DNA from: Minisyncoccota bacterium | Lineage (GTDB): Bacteria > Patescibacteriota > Minisyncoccia > Phycocordibacterales > UBA9973 | NCBI GenBank assembly: GCA_035353995.1 | Contig: DAOQAL010000001.1 | Location: 4,020-68,019 of the forward strand | Length of the DNA: 64,000 nucleotides | Direction: 5' to 3' | Part shown: in pieces, positions 1-10,265 of the stretch | How positions within the stretch are numbered: the stretch's first letter is position 1 | Layout: each line of letters opens with the position of its first letter | Notes under the pieces: generated by a model | Database searches by the model: none | What the model was told of the DNA's origin: nothing | Seen by the model: only the letters and a program-made list of their open reading frames with translations | Translations under genes and position numbers: made by a program

Positions 1-2
1 CA

Positions 3-995
3 ATGCTTGAGGATACATTGAAAGCCATCCAAACAAAATTCGGTGAAGGTTCCATTATGAAGATGGGAGATGCTCCCAAGGTTAATATAAATGTAATTCC
101 AACTGGCTCCCTAGGCCTTGATATGGCACTTGGCGTTGGTGGTATTCCAAGAGGACGAATAATAGAAATATTTGGACCAGAATCATCAGGAAAAACTACA
201 TTGGCTTCCCATATAGTTGCCGAAGCACAGAAATTGGGAGGAGTATGTGCATATATTGATGCAGAACATGCAATGGATCCAGAATATACAAAGAGACTTG
301 GCGTAAAAATAAATGATTTGTTGATTTCTCAACCAGATACAGGAGAACAAGCTCTTGAAATAGTTGAAAGTTTAGTAAGAACAGGAAAAATTGATGTAAT
401 TGTTGTTGATTCAGTGGCTGCCCTTACACCAAAAGATGAAATTGAAGGAGATATGGGAGCTTACCATGTAGGAAAACAAGCAAGACTAATGTCTCAAGCA
501 TTAAGAAAGCTTACAGCAATAGTTGCAAAGTCAAAAACAGTTGTTATTTTCATAAATCAAATTCGTATGCAAATAGGAGTAATGTTTGGCAATCCTGAAA
601 CTACTCCAGGAGGTAAAGCTCTAAAATTCTATACTTCAATACGATTAGACATTAGAAAAATAGCTCAAATTAAAAAAGGAGAAGAATCAGTAGGATCAAG
701 AACAAGAGTTAAAGTTGTTAAAAACAAAGTTGCTGCTCCTTTCAAACAAACAGAATTTGATATTATTTTCAATGAAGGTATATCAAAAGAAGGTGAAATA
801 ATAGCATTGGGTGAAAAGTTCAATATTCTACAAAAAAGTGGAAATTCATATTCATACACTCCCGCAGGAGATGGTAAAGAGGAAATAAAGCTTGGTAGAG
901 GATATGATTCTACAAGAACATTCTTAAAAGAAAATCCTAAGATAGCAGATCAGATTTTAAAGGAAATTCGCAAAAAATTTGCAGAAGAAAATTAA
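3..995 (+). CDS. recA: Recombinase A (true start may lie upstream of the window)
   Basis: Walker [24 protein letters not shown] and [20 protein letters not shown] motifs. Confidence 0.99.
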   Translation: MLEDTLKAIQTKFGEGSIMKMGDAPKVNINVIPTGSLGLDMALGVGGIPRGRIIEIFGPESSGKTTLASHIVAEAQKLGGVCAYIDAEHAMDPEYTKRLGVKINDLLISQPDTGEQALEIVESLVRTGKIDVIVVDSVAALTPKDEIEGDMGAYHVGKQARLMSQALRKLTAIVAKSKTVVIFINQIRMQIGVMFGNPETTPGGKALKFYTSIRLDIRKIAQIKKGEESVGSRTRVKVVKNKVAAPFKQTEFDIIFNEGISKEGEIIALGEKFNILQKSGNSYSYTPAGDGKEEIKLGRGYDSTRTFLKENPKIADQILKEIRKKFAEEN

Positions 996-1013
996 ATCTG
1001 GTAGTATTTTCTC

Positions 1014-1598
1014 ATGCTTGTATATAATGAAATTCGTGAGAAAAAAATAATTATTTATAATGATGAGCCGTGTGAAGTAGTAGAAAGTCATGTTGCAAGA
1101 ACGCAACAGAGAAAGCCTCAAAACCAAGTTAAACTAAAAAGCTTGATTTCTGGTAAAACAATAGCAGCCACTTTCCATGTTTCTGATACTGCAGATGAAG
1201 CAGACATTGAAAAAAGAGATGTCATGTTTTTGTACCAGAACAGGGGCGAATTTTGGTTCTGCGATCCAAATAATAAAGGCGACAGATTTAAAATTGATGC
1301 TTCAACTATTGATTCATCAACTGCTAAGTTTTTGAAACCAAATGAAAATGCTTCTGCTTTAGTATGGACAGATGAAGACGAAGAAGAAAAAATAATTGGA
1401 GTAAAATTGCCAATTAAAATGGAATTTAAAGTTAAAGAAGCTCCCCCAGCAGTAAGAGGAGACACATCAAAGAGTGGAAATAAAATAATTACTTTGGAAA
1501 ATGGTTCTACACTAAATGCTCCAATGTTTATAAATGAAGGAGATGTAATAAGAGTAAATACAGAAACTGGAGAATATGTAGAACGTGCAAATAAATAA
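1014..1598 (+). CDS. efp: Elongation factor P
   Basis: PPAVRGDT, LENG, APMFINEGDVIRVNTETGEYVER C-terminal signature. Confidence 0.96.
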   Translation: MLVYNEIREKKIIIYNDEPCEVVESHVARTQQRKPQNQVKLKSLISGKTIAATFHVSDTADEADIEKRDVMFLYQNRGEFWFCDPNNKGDRFKIDASTIDSSTAKFLKPNENASALVWTDEDEEEKIIGVKLPIKMEFKVKEAPPAVRGDTSKSGNKIITLENGSTLNAPMFINEGDVIRVNTETGEYVERANK

Positions 1599-1603
1599 AC
1601 ACA

Positions 1604-1636
1604 ATAAAAAATCCCCCATATGGGGGATTTTTTATT
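1604..1636. terminator. Bidirectional intrinsic terminator between convergent efp and rpsR
   Basis: aaaaatccccca-ta-tgggggattttt inverted repeat with A/T tracts on both sides. Confidence 0.85.
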
Positions 1637-1640
1637 TAAA

Positions 1641-1841
1641 TTATTTTGCTACGAATGGAAGAAGTCCTAGGTATCTTGCGTGTTTTATAGCTTCTGTAAG
1701 CTTACGCTGGTTTTTGGAAGTAATACCAGTTCTCTTATGATTCATAATTTTACCGTTTGGATTTAAGAATTTCTTTAAAATAACGGTATCTTTATAATCT
1801 ATATATTTTATATTGTTTGCTGAAAAATAATCTTGTTTCAT
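1641..1841 (-). CDS. rpsR: 30S ribosomal protein S18
   Basis: IDYKD..L.KF...GKI...RTG...KNQR.L..AIK.AR..GLLPF; rpsF-ssb-rpsR synteny. Confidence 0.97.
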   Translation of the reverse strand: MKQDYFSANNIKYIDYKDTVILKKFLNPNGKIMNHKRTGITSKNQRKLTEAIKHARYLGLLPFVAK

Positions 1842-1865
1842 TTGCTAAATTAAATTTATTAATAA

Positions 1866-2315
1866 TTAAAATGGAATATCTTCTGGGTTAATATCTTCTT
1901 CAGGATACTCAATTGCATCAAGTTCCTCGGCCTTTCCTCCAACATTTTGAGCTTCTGAATCTTTTGGTGATGAAGGACTTCCTGAATTCTTTGGTCCAAA
2001 TTGTGTACGATCTGCAACTATTTCTGTTCTGTATTTCTTTTCTCCACTATTTTTATCATCCCAACTTCTTGTCTGCATTCTACCTTCTACTAAAATTGAA
2101 TTTCCTTTTTTCATATACTGAGCAACTGTTTCAGCCTGTCTTCCGAAAACTACAACATTGTGATAATCAGCAGATTCTTGTTTGGCACCATTTTTGTCTT
2201 TCCAAACGCGATTTGTTGCTAAAGAAAATGAACATACCTTTATTCCAGAGGGTAAAGATCGTAGTTCTGGATCGCGGGTTAGATTTCCTATTACAATTGC
2301 TTTGTTTAAATACAT
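1866..2315 (-). CDS. ssb: Single-stranded DNA-binding protein
   Basis: LNKAIVIGNLTRDPELR OB-fold start and acidic C-terminal EDIPF. Confidence 0.98.
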   Translation of the reverse strand: MYLNKAIVIGNLTRDPELRSLPSGIKVCSFSLATNRVWKDKNGAKQESADYHNVVVFGRQAETVAQYMKKGNSILVEGRMQTRSWDDKNSGEKKYRTEIVADRTQFGPKNSGSPSSPKDSEAQNVGGKAEELDAIEYPEEDINPEDIPF

Positions 2316-2324
2316 AATTTTTGT

Positions 2325-2339
2325 CCGCTTTTGGCGGAA
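2325..2339. repeat. Short GC hairpin (tccgc-tttt-ggcgga) between rpsF and ssb
   Basis: Isolated GC-rich palindrome in an AT-rich spacer; REP-like or an mRNA stability element. Confidence 0.4.
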
Positions 2340-2352
2340 AATTATTTAATAA

Positions 2353-2874
2353 TTAATTTGCTATCATTGCGTCAATTTCCTTGTCGATCTCTTCTTTGTT
2401 TATAGGTGCAGTATTTTCTTTATCTTCCCCTTCTTTCTGTGTTGGTTGTATTTTTCTGCGTGAGGAATCTTTTACAAACCTCTTTGAAGCTATTGTATTT
2501 TCTTTTATTGTTTTCAATGTCAAAAATCTAATTATATTAGGATCAAGGTCTAATTTCTTTTTCAATTCTAATACTTTACTTGGATCCATAAAAAATTTCA
2601 TCCAACCAAAATAAGCTGTGTCATATTTGTGATGAATGTTCTGAATAACTTTCTGCATTTGATATGCCAAATTCATTTGTGTTGGCATTTCGTCAGAAAT
2701 AACCTTTCCACCAAAAGATGAAATAAGTTCTTTTAAATTACCATAAATAGCTGGAACCTCTTCCTCTTTTAATGTAGGAACCAAAAGATAGCCTACTTCA
2801 TAGACTCTTTCTTCTGTCTCAATAACATCACTATCTAGTGATTCATTTTTATCATTATTTTCAATTTCTTGCAT
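2353..2874 (-). CDS. rpsF: 30S ribosomal protein S6 with acidic N- and C-terminal extensions
   Basis: YEVGYLL.P, LAYQM, AYFGW, IIRFL motifs; upstream of ssb-rpsR. Confidence 0.92.
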   Translation of the reverse strand: MQEIENNDKNESLDSDVIETEERVYEVGYLLVPTLKEEEVPAIYGNLKELISSFGGKVISDEMPTQMNLAYQMQKVIQNIHHKYDTAYFGWMKFFMDPSKVLELKKKLDLDPNIIRFLTLKTIKENTIASKRFVKDSSRRKIQPTQKEGEDKENTAPINKEEIDKEIDAMIAN

Positions 2875-2966
2875 GGACTATATACTAGCAAAAAACTTTT
2901 AGAAAGTAAACCCCACCACTTTTTATACCAATATGTATTATATGTAGAAAGTTAAATATATTTACA

Positions 2967-4601
2967 TTATATTGCATCAAATTCTAAGAAGAAAGTTGAT
3001 CCTTTACCCTTGCCTTCGGACTCTACCCAAACCTTTCCATTGTGTGCTTGGACTACCAATTTTACAGAATAAAGACCATAACCGGTACTATTTACATTCA
3101 TTTTTACAGAATTTTTACCTCTACCACCTTCTGTGAACAAATTCTTTTTATCTCCAGGCACAATACCTACTCCTGTATCTTTAACAAAGAAAACTATTTT
3201 ATTTGTAGATGTAGTAATTTCTTTTTCTAAGTCAATCTTTATCTTTCCGGATGCTGTATAGTTTATTGCATTGTCTATGAGGTTTGATATTACTTCTTTC
3301 ATCCAAAAAGCGTCGCCTTTAATTAAATATTTTTCATCTTGAAAATTTGTTTCAAGCTCAAGACCTTTATTTTGTATAATATCTTTTTTTTCACTAATAA
3401 CATTTAGCGCTATATCTTTTAGATCAATCATTTTCATTTCAAATTGAACAATACCCTTTTGTAAATTTGAAGCATTTAAAATCAAATCAACTGTCCTGAT
3501 TCCAAGGTTGTCTGATTCAAGACCTTTTTCTGATATTTTTTTAAGTTCTGGAGAAATAGTGCCAAAACTTCCCTGTAATATTTCTGAGAAAATATATTTT
3601 GTATGAGTAAAAGAACCTTTTACTTTATGATTGATAAGATGCATTAAACTTTCTTTTTGTTGAATCAACTTTTCCAAATCTTTATTTAATTTTTCAATTT
3701 GTATTCTTTGATCAGACTCTTTTTTTAAGTTTTTGAATAGAAGAAATGATAAAATAACAGAAAATGATACTGTCAAAATAGTTAAAAATTGATCAGTTGG
3801 ATTTGAGACAAAAATTAATTGAATACCAGTCAAAATCAAAAGTCCAATAACAAAGAAATACGTACTAATAAGTTTTAAATTGAAAATATCCAATGTAAAA
3901 ATTGAATAAGTAGTAGCAATTAAAAATATCGGAATTATAAATAGAGCATACAAATTTGTATCATAATTACCAGAGTAAGAAGCCAAGTATTCTGTTATAC
4001 CAAAAGTTGCCAAAAACAAAAACATTGAACCGATCATAGCTATTGCTGTTTTTTTAGTATAATCTATTTTTTTCTGAATAAATGGACGAACAATATAAAG
4101 AAACATAATTGAAACAATAAAAATTTCTAAAACTAATTTATAAATATCAAGAAAATTATTGTTATAGACTTCGCATAGGGCATGATCAAAACCTAAAACT
4201 GATTTTTGCATCACCGTTATAATTAATGGTGGCAAACTGGCTGCAAAAATAGCTATTTTTTGCCAAAGAAGTAAATCCTTTTTTTTAATAAAAAGAAGAA
4301 TAAAATAAAAACCAAGCAAATAAAATAAAATCTCAAAATATACTAAAAGAGACCAAGTTGTATAAACAATAAAATAATTATTGGAAACCCAAGCAAATAA
4401 ATCACCTATTAACCAAAGCGAAAATACAATTGTAAAAGAAAAGAATGCTCCTGCCAAAGTTCTTCCTTTTGATTTTAAAAATACTAAAAGTCCCAAAAAG
4501 ATACTGAAAAATACTGGAACTAAATGAGAATAATATATTAAATTACTATTTATAAAATCAGCCTGAGATGCAAGTATACATGTGTTAAATATTGTATTCA
4601 T
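2967..4601 (-). CDS. Membrane sensor histidine kinase (multi-TM N-terminus, HisKA, HATPase_c)
   Basis: About 7-8 hydrophobic helices, H-box LINHKVKG, N-box NLIDNAINYT, G1 DTGVG, G2 GYGLY, GKGSTF. Confidence 0.93.
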   Translation of the reverse strand: MNTIFNTCILASQADFINSNLIYYSHLVPVFFSIFLGLLVFLKSKGRTLAGAFFSFTIVFSLWLIGDLFAWVSNNYFIVYTTWSLLVYFEILFYLLGFYFILLFIKKKDLLLWQKIAIFAASLPPLIITVMQKSVLGFDHALCEVYNNNFLDIYKLVLEIFIVSIMFLYIVRPFIQKKIDYTKKTAIAMIGSMFLFLATFGITEYLASYSGNYDTNLYALFIIPIFLIATTYSIFTLDIFNLKLISTYFFVIGLLILTGIQLIFVSNPTDQFLTILTVSFSVILSFLLFKNLKKESDQRIQIEKLNKDLEKLIQQKESLMHLINHKVKGSFTHTKYIFSEILQGSFGTISPELKKISEKGLESDNLGIRTVDLILNASNLQKGIVQFEMKMIDLKDIALNVISEKKDIIQNKGLELETNFQDEKYLIKGDAFWMKEVISNLIDNAINYTASGKIKIDLEKEITTSTNKIVFFVKDTGVGIVPGDKKNLFTEGGRGKNSVKMNVNSTGYGLYSVKLVVQAHNGKVWVESEGKGKGSTFFLEFDAI

Positions 4602-5419
4602 TTTTTTAATTGATTATGGATAATTTCTTCACCAACTTTCTCATCATAAAAATTCCAAATTACTTCTTCTTCTGCATCCATAGGCGGAATAGGAACGATC
4701 AAAGGTTTTAATCCGGTAAGATTATAAACTTCTTCCAAAGAAGGTAATAATATTTCCTTAGCAAAAACTGCGTCCCTGCCAGACAGTAAAAAGTTTTCAA
4801 AAAGAATTCCGTGACAAGTATATAATAACATTTCTTTTTTATAATATTGTTTTGCTTCTCCACCATTTCTTTTTAGCCACTCTGAAGCATCATAAAAAAT
4901 CATATTAGGACTTTTACATTTAGATATATCAAATAGTCTTTTATGAAAAGATGTTAATGATTCACCCCATTTAGTTAAAACATTTTTTAAAGAGTTCCCA
5001 TCATATTTTTTGAAATCTACTACATTTATTTTGCGATACTGGCTTTCTCCATTTTTACTTATACCTTTATCTAAATGAATTACTCCAAGTGAATGCTTGA
5101 ATGAATTGTTAGAAGTAAATTTATCATCTAAGTACTCCGAAAAAATTGGAATTAAACCAAAATCTTCAGTAATTCTTAAAAACCATTTAGTATCAAAATT
5201 TGGTGTTGCAACTTGCTTAGTACTAATACCATATTTGCCAAGTTTTTTTAATGGCTCTGGAATATCTCCATTCAATAAATCTTCAATTTTTTTTACTAAT
5301 TTTTTATCTTTTTGTCTTTCTTCTAAGGTTTTTATTGCAACAGAAAGTTGAGTATATACTGTTCCGTTAAAGAGATCTCGATTGGATATTATTTTATTAT
5401 AATCCCATTTTTCTTCCAT
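4598..5419 (-). CDS. Hypothetical soluble protein (enzyme-like), coupled to the kinase
   Basis: 273-aa ORF with ATGA overlap with the kinase start; no recognised family. Confidence 0.8.
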   Translation of the reverse strand: MEEKWDYNKIISNRDLFNGTVYTQLSVAIKTLEERQKDKKLVKKIEDLLNGDIPEPLKKLGKYGISTKQVATPNFDTKWFLRITEDFGLIPIFSEYLDDKFTSNNSFKHSLGVIHLDKGISKNGESQYRKINVVDFKKYDGNSLKNVLTKWGESLTSFHKRLFDISKCKSPNMIFYDASEWLKRNGGEAKQYYKKEMLLYTCHGILFENFLLSGRDAVFAKEILLPSLEEVYNLTGLKPLIVPIPPMDAEEEVIWNFYDEKVGEEIIHNQLKK

Positions 5420-5432
5420 ATTTTATAATTTC

Positions 5433-5816
5433 TTAATCTCCAATGGGCAATGGACTAGTACAAACTTCCCCTATTTCTTGATCTGCGACACATTCAATAG
5501 GTTCACAATTTATTTGCCCAGTTTCACACACGACAGAACAGTCCCCATCAGGACATTTATTAAAATCACTTGCTCGTAAATTATATTTTTTAAAAAAAGA
5601 AAAATTATTTGGTGGACAGCTATCTGGTTCTGAGCAATCACGGAAAGAACACACTTCCTTATTTGGATCACAAGGAATTTCTATTATAAAATCGTAAGCT
5701 TTTTTATGAAAAAAGAAATAAAAAGAAACTGCAGTAGCAATTAAACAACATGATAATAAACTTAAAACTAACCAATCAATCTTCATTCGACCGTCTTCAG
5801 TTTTTGTTGTTTCCAT
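5433..5816 (-). CDS. Small membrane-anchored Cys-rich protein
   Basis: N-terminal TM helix followed by about 10 Cys residues. Confidence 0.75.
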   Translation of the reverse strand: METTKTEDGRMKIDWLVLSLLSCCLIATAVSFYFFFHKKAYDFIIEIPCDPNKEVCSFRDCSEPDSCPPNNFSFFKKYNLRASDFNKCPDGDCSVVCETGQINCEPIECVADQEIGEVCTSPLPIGD

Positions 5817-5828
5817 ATTTTTATTATA

Positions 5829-6749
5829 TCACAAAAATAATATCAAACTTCCAAATATCATAATTAATATTGCTATAAGTTTTGGAATTAAAATACGTTT
5901 TGAAAGATTTTCTTTTGCTATTTTTGGTAAGAATTTAGTACAAAAAATAGTTAAACAAAGAACTATAGCTGGCTGAAAACTCTCAACTAGAAAAACCATT
6001 GTTACAGGAACAAGAAGAAGAGCAAAGTTAGCCAAAAGATTTCCTGAAACTGTAAGAATTTCGCTTCCCACATTAAGGAAAAAAATCTTTATACCACCTT
6101 TACTATTCATATGCATAAATTCTCTGCGATATTTTGGAATAAATATAAAAATAAATAAACCAGTAATACCAAGACCAAAATATTCCCAAAAAGAAGATAC
6201 CCAAAAATTACCATCTATTGTTACAAATTTAAAAATAACACCAGATATTGCTATTATAAGACAACAAAAAATCATATATAAAATGGGCTTTATTTTGACT
6301 TTTTTGCCTATGCCAGAAAAATTTATAGAAAGTATTACCAATCCAAAAATAATAATTATTGAACCCAAAATTTGATTTAATGTTAATGTTTCTCCTAGAC
6401 AAAAATATCCCAATATATAACCAAAAATAGGCACAGCTAAAAACCAAGGAACAACTGAGGATGTTTCTTCTATCTCAAGAGTAAATAAATAAAAAATAAC
6501 CCATACAATTGTCAAAATACCAGTAATAAATAATAAAATTATATCTAAAATTGGTATATCAAAAATATTATTAACAAAAATACTAATAACAGTAGCGATA
6601 AAAAGACCTATCAAACTTGAAAAAAGCACTAGACCACCAGAGCTTCGCTCTTTTTCTTTTTCTGAAAAATTAGATACTAAATAATTATCGACAATATTTA
6701 CTATGGCCCATAAAAATGTAGCAATAAAAGAAATAAGAAACCATTTCAT
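5829..6749 (-). CDS. EamA/DMT family transporter
   Basis: Ten TM helices in two repeats; LGETLTLNQILG.IIII.G motif. Confidence 0.9.
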   Translation of the reverse strand: MKWFLISFIATFLWAIVNIVDNYLVSNFSEKEKERSSGGLVLFSSLIGLFIATVISIFVNNIFDIPILDIILLFITGILTIVWVIFYLFTLEIEETSSVVPWFLAVPIFGYILGYFCLGETLTLNQILGSIIIIFGLVILSINFSGIGKKVKIKPILYMIFCCLIIAISGVIFKFVTIDGNFWVSSFWEYFGLGITGLFIFIFIPKYRREFMHMNSKGGIKIFFLNVGSEILTVSGNLLANFALLLVPVTMVFLVESFQPAIVLCLTIFCTKFLPKIAKENLSKRILIPKLIAILIMIFGSLILFL

Positions 6750-6785
6750 AAAAATATTATAACTTAAATAGCATTAAATAAGAAA

Positions 6786-7628
6786 TTATATTCCAAAAAG
6801 TTTTTTTGCATTTTTAACTATGCTTTCTGCAACTTCATCTTCCGGTAAATTTTTTATTTCTGCTATTTTCTTCACAATCTCTCGCACGTAAACTGGTTCG
6901 TTTCGTTTTCCTCTGTATGGCACTGGCGCAACGTATGGAGAATCAGTATCTGTAAGAATAAATTCGAGTGGAGTTTCCCTAATTACGCTTTCATAGTCTG
7001 CAATTTTTAAATTTGGTTTATATGTAACCGGCCCTGCAAAAGATATATACACACCCATTTCTACAAATCTTTTCATATCTTCGACAGTACCTGCAAAAAA
7101 ATGAGACACAGCTCCAACCGTAGCATATTTTTTCAAAAGTTCAGCAACGTCAGCATAAGCATTCTTATCTTCTTCCCCATTTCGGATATGAAGCATAAGA
7201 GGTTTACCAACTTCGTTTGCAAGTTTAATTTGCTCAATAAAAGTTTCTTTCTGTTTTTCTAATAAATCTTTTTTAAGATGAAAATAATCCAGTCCACATT
7301 CTCCTATCGCTACAACTTTTGGATCTTTTGCCATTTCTAAATATTTTTCATAATTAAATTCTTCTTTGCGTGTCATAAAACCACCACCTTCTTCTTCGGC
7401 TTCGTCATGATAAGTTTCTTCTAGCTGAATTGGATGGAGACCTATGCAAGCGTAAACTCCTTCCGTATATTTATGCGCAATATCTATTGCCCGAAGCGAA
7501 GTGCTTTCTTGACTACCTACGTTAAAAAGCCACGTGTCAGCATCAAGTGCTCGTTTTATTACTGCGTCACTATCTTCTGCGAAGGCTTTGAAATTTATAT
7601 GGCAATGTATATCAATGTATTTTGGCAT
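6786..7628 (-). CDS. tatD: TatD family deoxyribonuclease
   Basis: DIHCH, GLHP, AIGECGLDY, LHIR, TDSPY, RNEP. Confidence 0.96.
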   Translation of the reverse strand: MPKYIDIHCHINFKAFAEDSDAVIKRALDADTWLFNVGSQESTSLRAIDIAHKYTEGVYACIGLHPIQLEETYHDEAEEEGGGFMTRKEEFNYEKYLEMAKDPKVVAIGECGLDYFHLKKDLLEKQKETFIEQIKLANEVGKPLMLHIRNGEEDKNAYADVAELLKKYATVGAVSHFFAGTVEDMKRFVEMGVYISFAGPVTYKPNLKIADYESVIRETPLEFILTDTDSPYVAPVPYRGKRNEPVYVREIVKKIAEIKNLPEDEVAESIVKNAKKLFGI

Positions 7629-7680
7629 AAAAATATAATAACATTTGTTTTGAGAAAATAAAAAAAGCCAGCCCTATATT

Positions 7681-7707
7681 ATTTACACAGGGTAGTCCTG
7701 TGTAAAT
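7681..7707. terminator. Hairpin after metG (terminator or REP-like)
   Basis: atttacacagg-gtagt-cctgtgtaaat perfect 11-bp inverted repeat. Confidence 0.6.
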
Positions 7708-7711
7708 TTTA

Positions 7712-9157
7712 TTATTTTCGTAAAAATAAAGGTGCTTCGGGTTTTTTGTTTTCGCGGATTAGCTTTTGAATTTTTTGTGAAGTTTCTGGAAGCATTGGCT
7801 CTATGGCAAGAGAAGCTTTATATAAATGCAAAAGTAAATAATGAACATCTTTTTCTGCCCCTTTCTTGTCTACTTTTATTTTTTTGAATGGTTCGTTTTT
7901 TTGTATGTATTGATCAAGAGCACCAAGGCATTCCCAAATCCAATTTATGAATTTATTAATATCATACTTTTCTAAACTTTCTTTTTTTTCAGCAAAATAA
8001 TCAATTTTCATTTCTTCTTCATTTAGTTTTACGCCATAATTTACTGCCATAGTCATAATCCTACTTACTAAATTCCCCAAGCCATTAGCTAAACCTGCAT
8101 TGTAAGCATCTTTAAAACGTTCTATGGTAAATGGACTGTCTTCAAAACTAGAAACTTCCCGCAAAAGGAAATACCGAAGCGCATCCGTGCCATATTCGCT
8201 CACTATATCTCTTGGATCTACAATGTTGCCCAATGTCTTTGACATTCGCACTCCACCATCCCCTGTAATAAAGCCATTTACGATTATTTGATGCGAATTA
8301 GGTAAACCCGCAGAAAAGAGCATTACTTGCCACATAGCACCCTGAAAACGCGTATTATCCTTTCCACAGTACTGTGTAGGAGTGCCATTTTTCCAGTATT
8401 TTTCAAAATTTTCAGAATTTTTTGGCCATCCCAATGTAGAAATATAATTTACTAATGCGTCAAACCAAACATACATTACTTGTGTATCATCCCCTGGTAC
8501 AGGTATACCCCAAGGCATTTTTTCTTTTAATCTTGAAATAGAAAAATCTTGCAAACCATTTTTTACAAAATTTTTAATTTCATTAAAACGAAATTCAGGA
8601 ACAATAAAATTTGGGTTTTCCTCATAAAATTTTAAAAGTTTATCTGTAAAAGCTGAGTATTTGAAAAAATAATTCTCTTCATTTATTATTTTTAATTTCA
8701 TACCTGGATGACAAGGACATTCACCATTCACTAATTCAGAATCTGTCTTTTCACTTTCACAACCTGCACAATATTTTGCTTCATAATTTTTTTTGTAAAT
8801 AAAATTATTATCATATACTAACTTCCAAAAACTCTGTGCTGCATATTGATGATCAGCACTTGTTGTTCTTACAAAATGTATATCTTCACTTACGCCAAAT
8901 ATTTTGAGTTGTTCTTTAAAAGTTTCAAAACCTTGATCAACAAAATCTTGTACAGAAATTTTTTTCTCAGTTGCTTTTTCGTAAATTTTTATTCCATGCT
9001 CATCTGAACCAGTATTAAAATAAACATCAAAACCTTGAAGTTTTTTCAATCTTGCTATTGTGTCAGCACGCACAAATTCCAATGCATGCCCCATATGCAG
9101 AGGAGCATTTACGTAAGGAAGTGTTGTTGTAATATAAAAACTTTTTTTATTATTCAT
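7712..9157 (-). CDS. metG: Methionine--tRNA ligase (short form)
   Basis: TTLPYVNAPLHMGH (HIGH), YVWFDAL, RMSKT (KMSKS); start adjusted to MNNKKS. Confidence 0.97.
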   Translation of the reverse strand: MNNKKSFYITTTLPYVNAPLHMGHALEFVRADTIARLKKLQGFDVYFNTGSDEHGIKIYEKATEKKISVQDFVDQGFETFKEQLKIFGVSEDIHFVRTTSADHQYAAQSFWKLVYDNNFIYKKNYEAKYCAGCESEKTDSELVNGECPCHPGMKLKIINEENYFFKYSAFTDKLLKFYEENPNFIVPEFRFNEIKNFVKNGLQDFSISRLKEKMPWGIPVPGDDTQVMYVWFDALVNYISTLGWPKNSENFEKYWKNGTPTQYCGKDNTRFQGAMWQVMLFSAGLPNSHQIIVNGFITGDGGVRMSKTLGNIVDPRDIVSEYGTDALRYFLLREVSSFEDSPFTIERFKDAYNAGLANGLGNLVSRIMTMAVNYGVKLNEEEMKIDYFAEKKESLEKYDINKFINWIWECLGALDQYIQKNEPFKKIKVDKKGAEKDVHYLLLHLYKASLAIEPMLPETSQKIQKLIRENKKPEAPLFLRK

Positions 9158-10226
9158 TGTTACTTTTAATGGAGATTTTTTTTCTTTCAATATCATTCAT
9201 TATTTCCATAAATAATAATGCCCCTGGAATTGCTAAGATTAACCCCCAGAACCCAGCCAATTCAAGACCAATCAAAACAGCCAAAATCATTACCAAAGGA
9301 GAAAGACCTGTTACTCTTTTTATTATTAAAGGAGAGAATAGATAAACTTCAAATTGGTGAATAATTAAATATGCTCCAGCTACCATAAGTGCGCTTGAAA
9401 AACCACCTGAAAGATACGAGAATGAAACAGCTGGAATAACAGCAATTACAATTCCATAAGGAATCAATTCCATAATTCCGGCTATTATTGAAAGCATAAG
9501 AGCATACTGTATTCCCATTACTGACAAAACTAAGTAAGTCAAAATTGTTATCAAAAGTGCCAAGAGCAATTGCCCTTTAACCCATAAGCCAATTTTCTTG
9601 CTTGTTCTTTCCCATAACCCTACTATATATTCTTCATGTTTAAGTGGTAATATAACTCGTAAAAATTTTTCAATTCCTTTTTCTTGAATTGAAAGATAAA
9701 AAGAAACTATTACAATCAAAACTACGTTAAAAATACTTCCAAATGCAACAGAAAGAGTTGTAAAAAATCCATTTGATAGGTTTGTAATAAATGCTTTAGA
9801 AGTTTCCAAAAGAGTGCTTATGGATACACTATCTGATGATAAGCCAGCAACAATATCTTTTGCTCCAGAAAATGCTTCACTACTTAAATAATTTAAGAAA
9901 TCCACACCAGGAGCATATTCGGAAATAAATACAGCAAAATTATAAACTTCTGTAATTAGAAGAGGAGCAAAAATATAAAAGATACCTGCTAAAACAACCA
10001 AGGTTAGTACATAAAGAATTACTACACCCAAAACTCTACCAATTTTTATTTTTTTGAAAAAAGGAACTGCAGAATCAACAAAAGATGCTATAACAATGGA
10101 CGTTAATACGACTAAAACTAAATCTCTTAATTGCCATATTAAATAACAGCCAACCAGAATTAGAACTGCTCGGATTATTGTTCCACTAGAAATAGAAATA
10201 GACCCTGTGCCACTTTTTTCATTCAT
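9150..10226 (-). CDS. AI-2E (UPF0118/PerM) family transporter
   Basis: Multi-TM; ELIPYG, L.P.I......LSP, GFWGLILAIP motifs. Confidence 0.9.
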   Translation of the reverse strand: MNEKSGTGSISISSGTIIRAVLILVGCYLIWQLRDLVLVVLTSIVIASFVDSAVPFFKKIKIGRVLGVVILYVLTLVVLAGIFYIFAPLLITEVYNFAVFISEYAPGVDFLNYLSSEAFSGAKDIVAGLSSDSVSISTLLETSKAFITNLSNGFFTTLSVAFGSIFNVVLIVIVSFYLSIQEKGIEKFLRVILPLKHEEYIVGLWERTSKKIGLWVKGQLLLALLITILTYLVLSVMGIQYALMLSIIAGIMELIPYGIVIAVIPAVSFSYLSGGFSSALMVAGAYLIIHQFEVYLFSPLIIKRVTGLSPLVMILAVLIGLELAGFWGLILAIPGALLFMEIMNDIERKKISIKSNNE

Positions 10227-10265
10227 ACGAGTATAATAACACAAAAATAGCCAACGTAGAACTAC

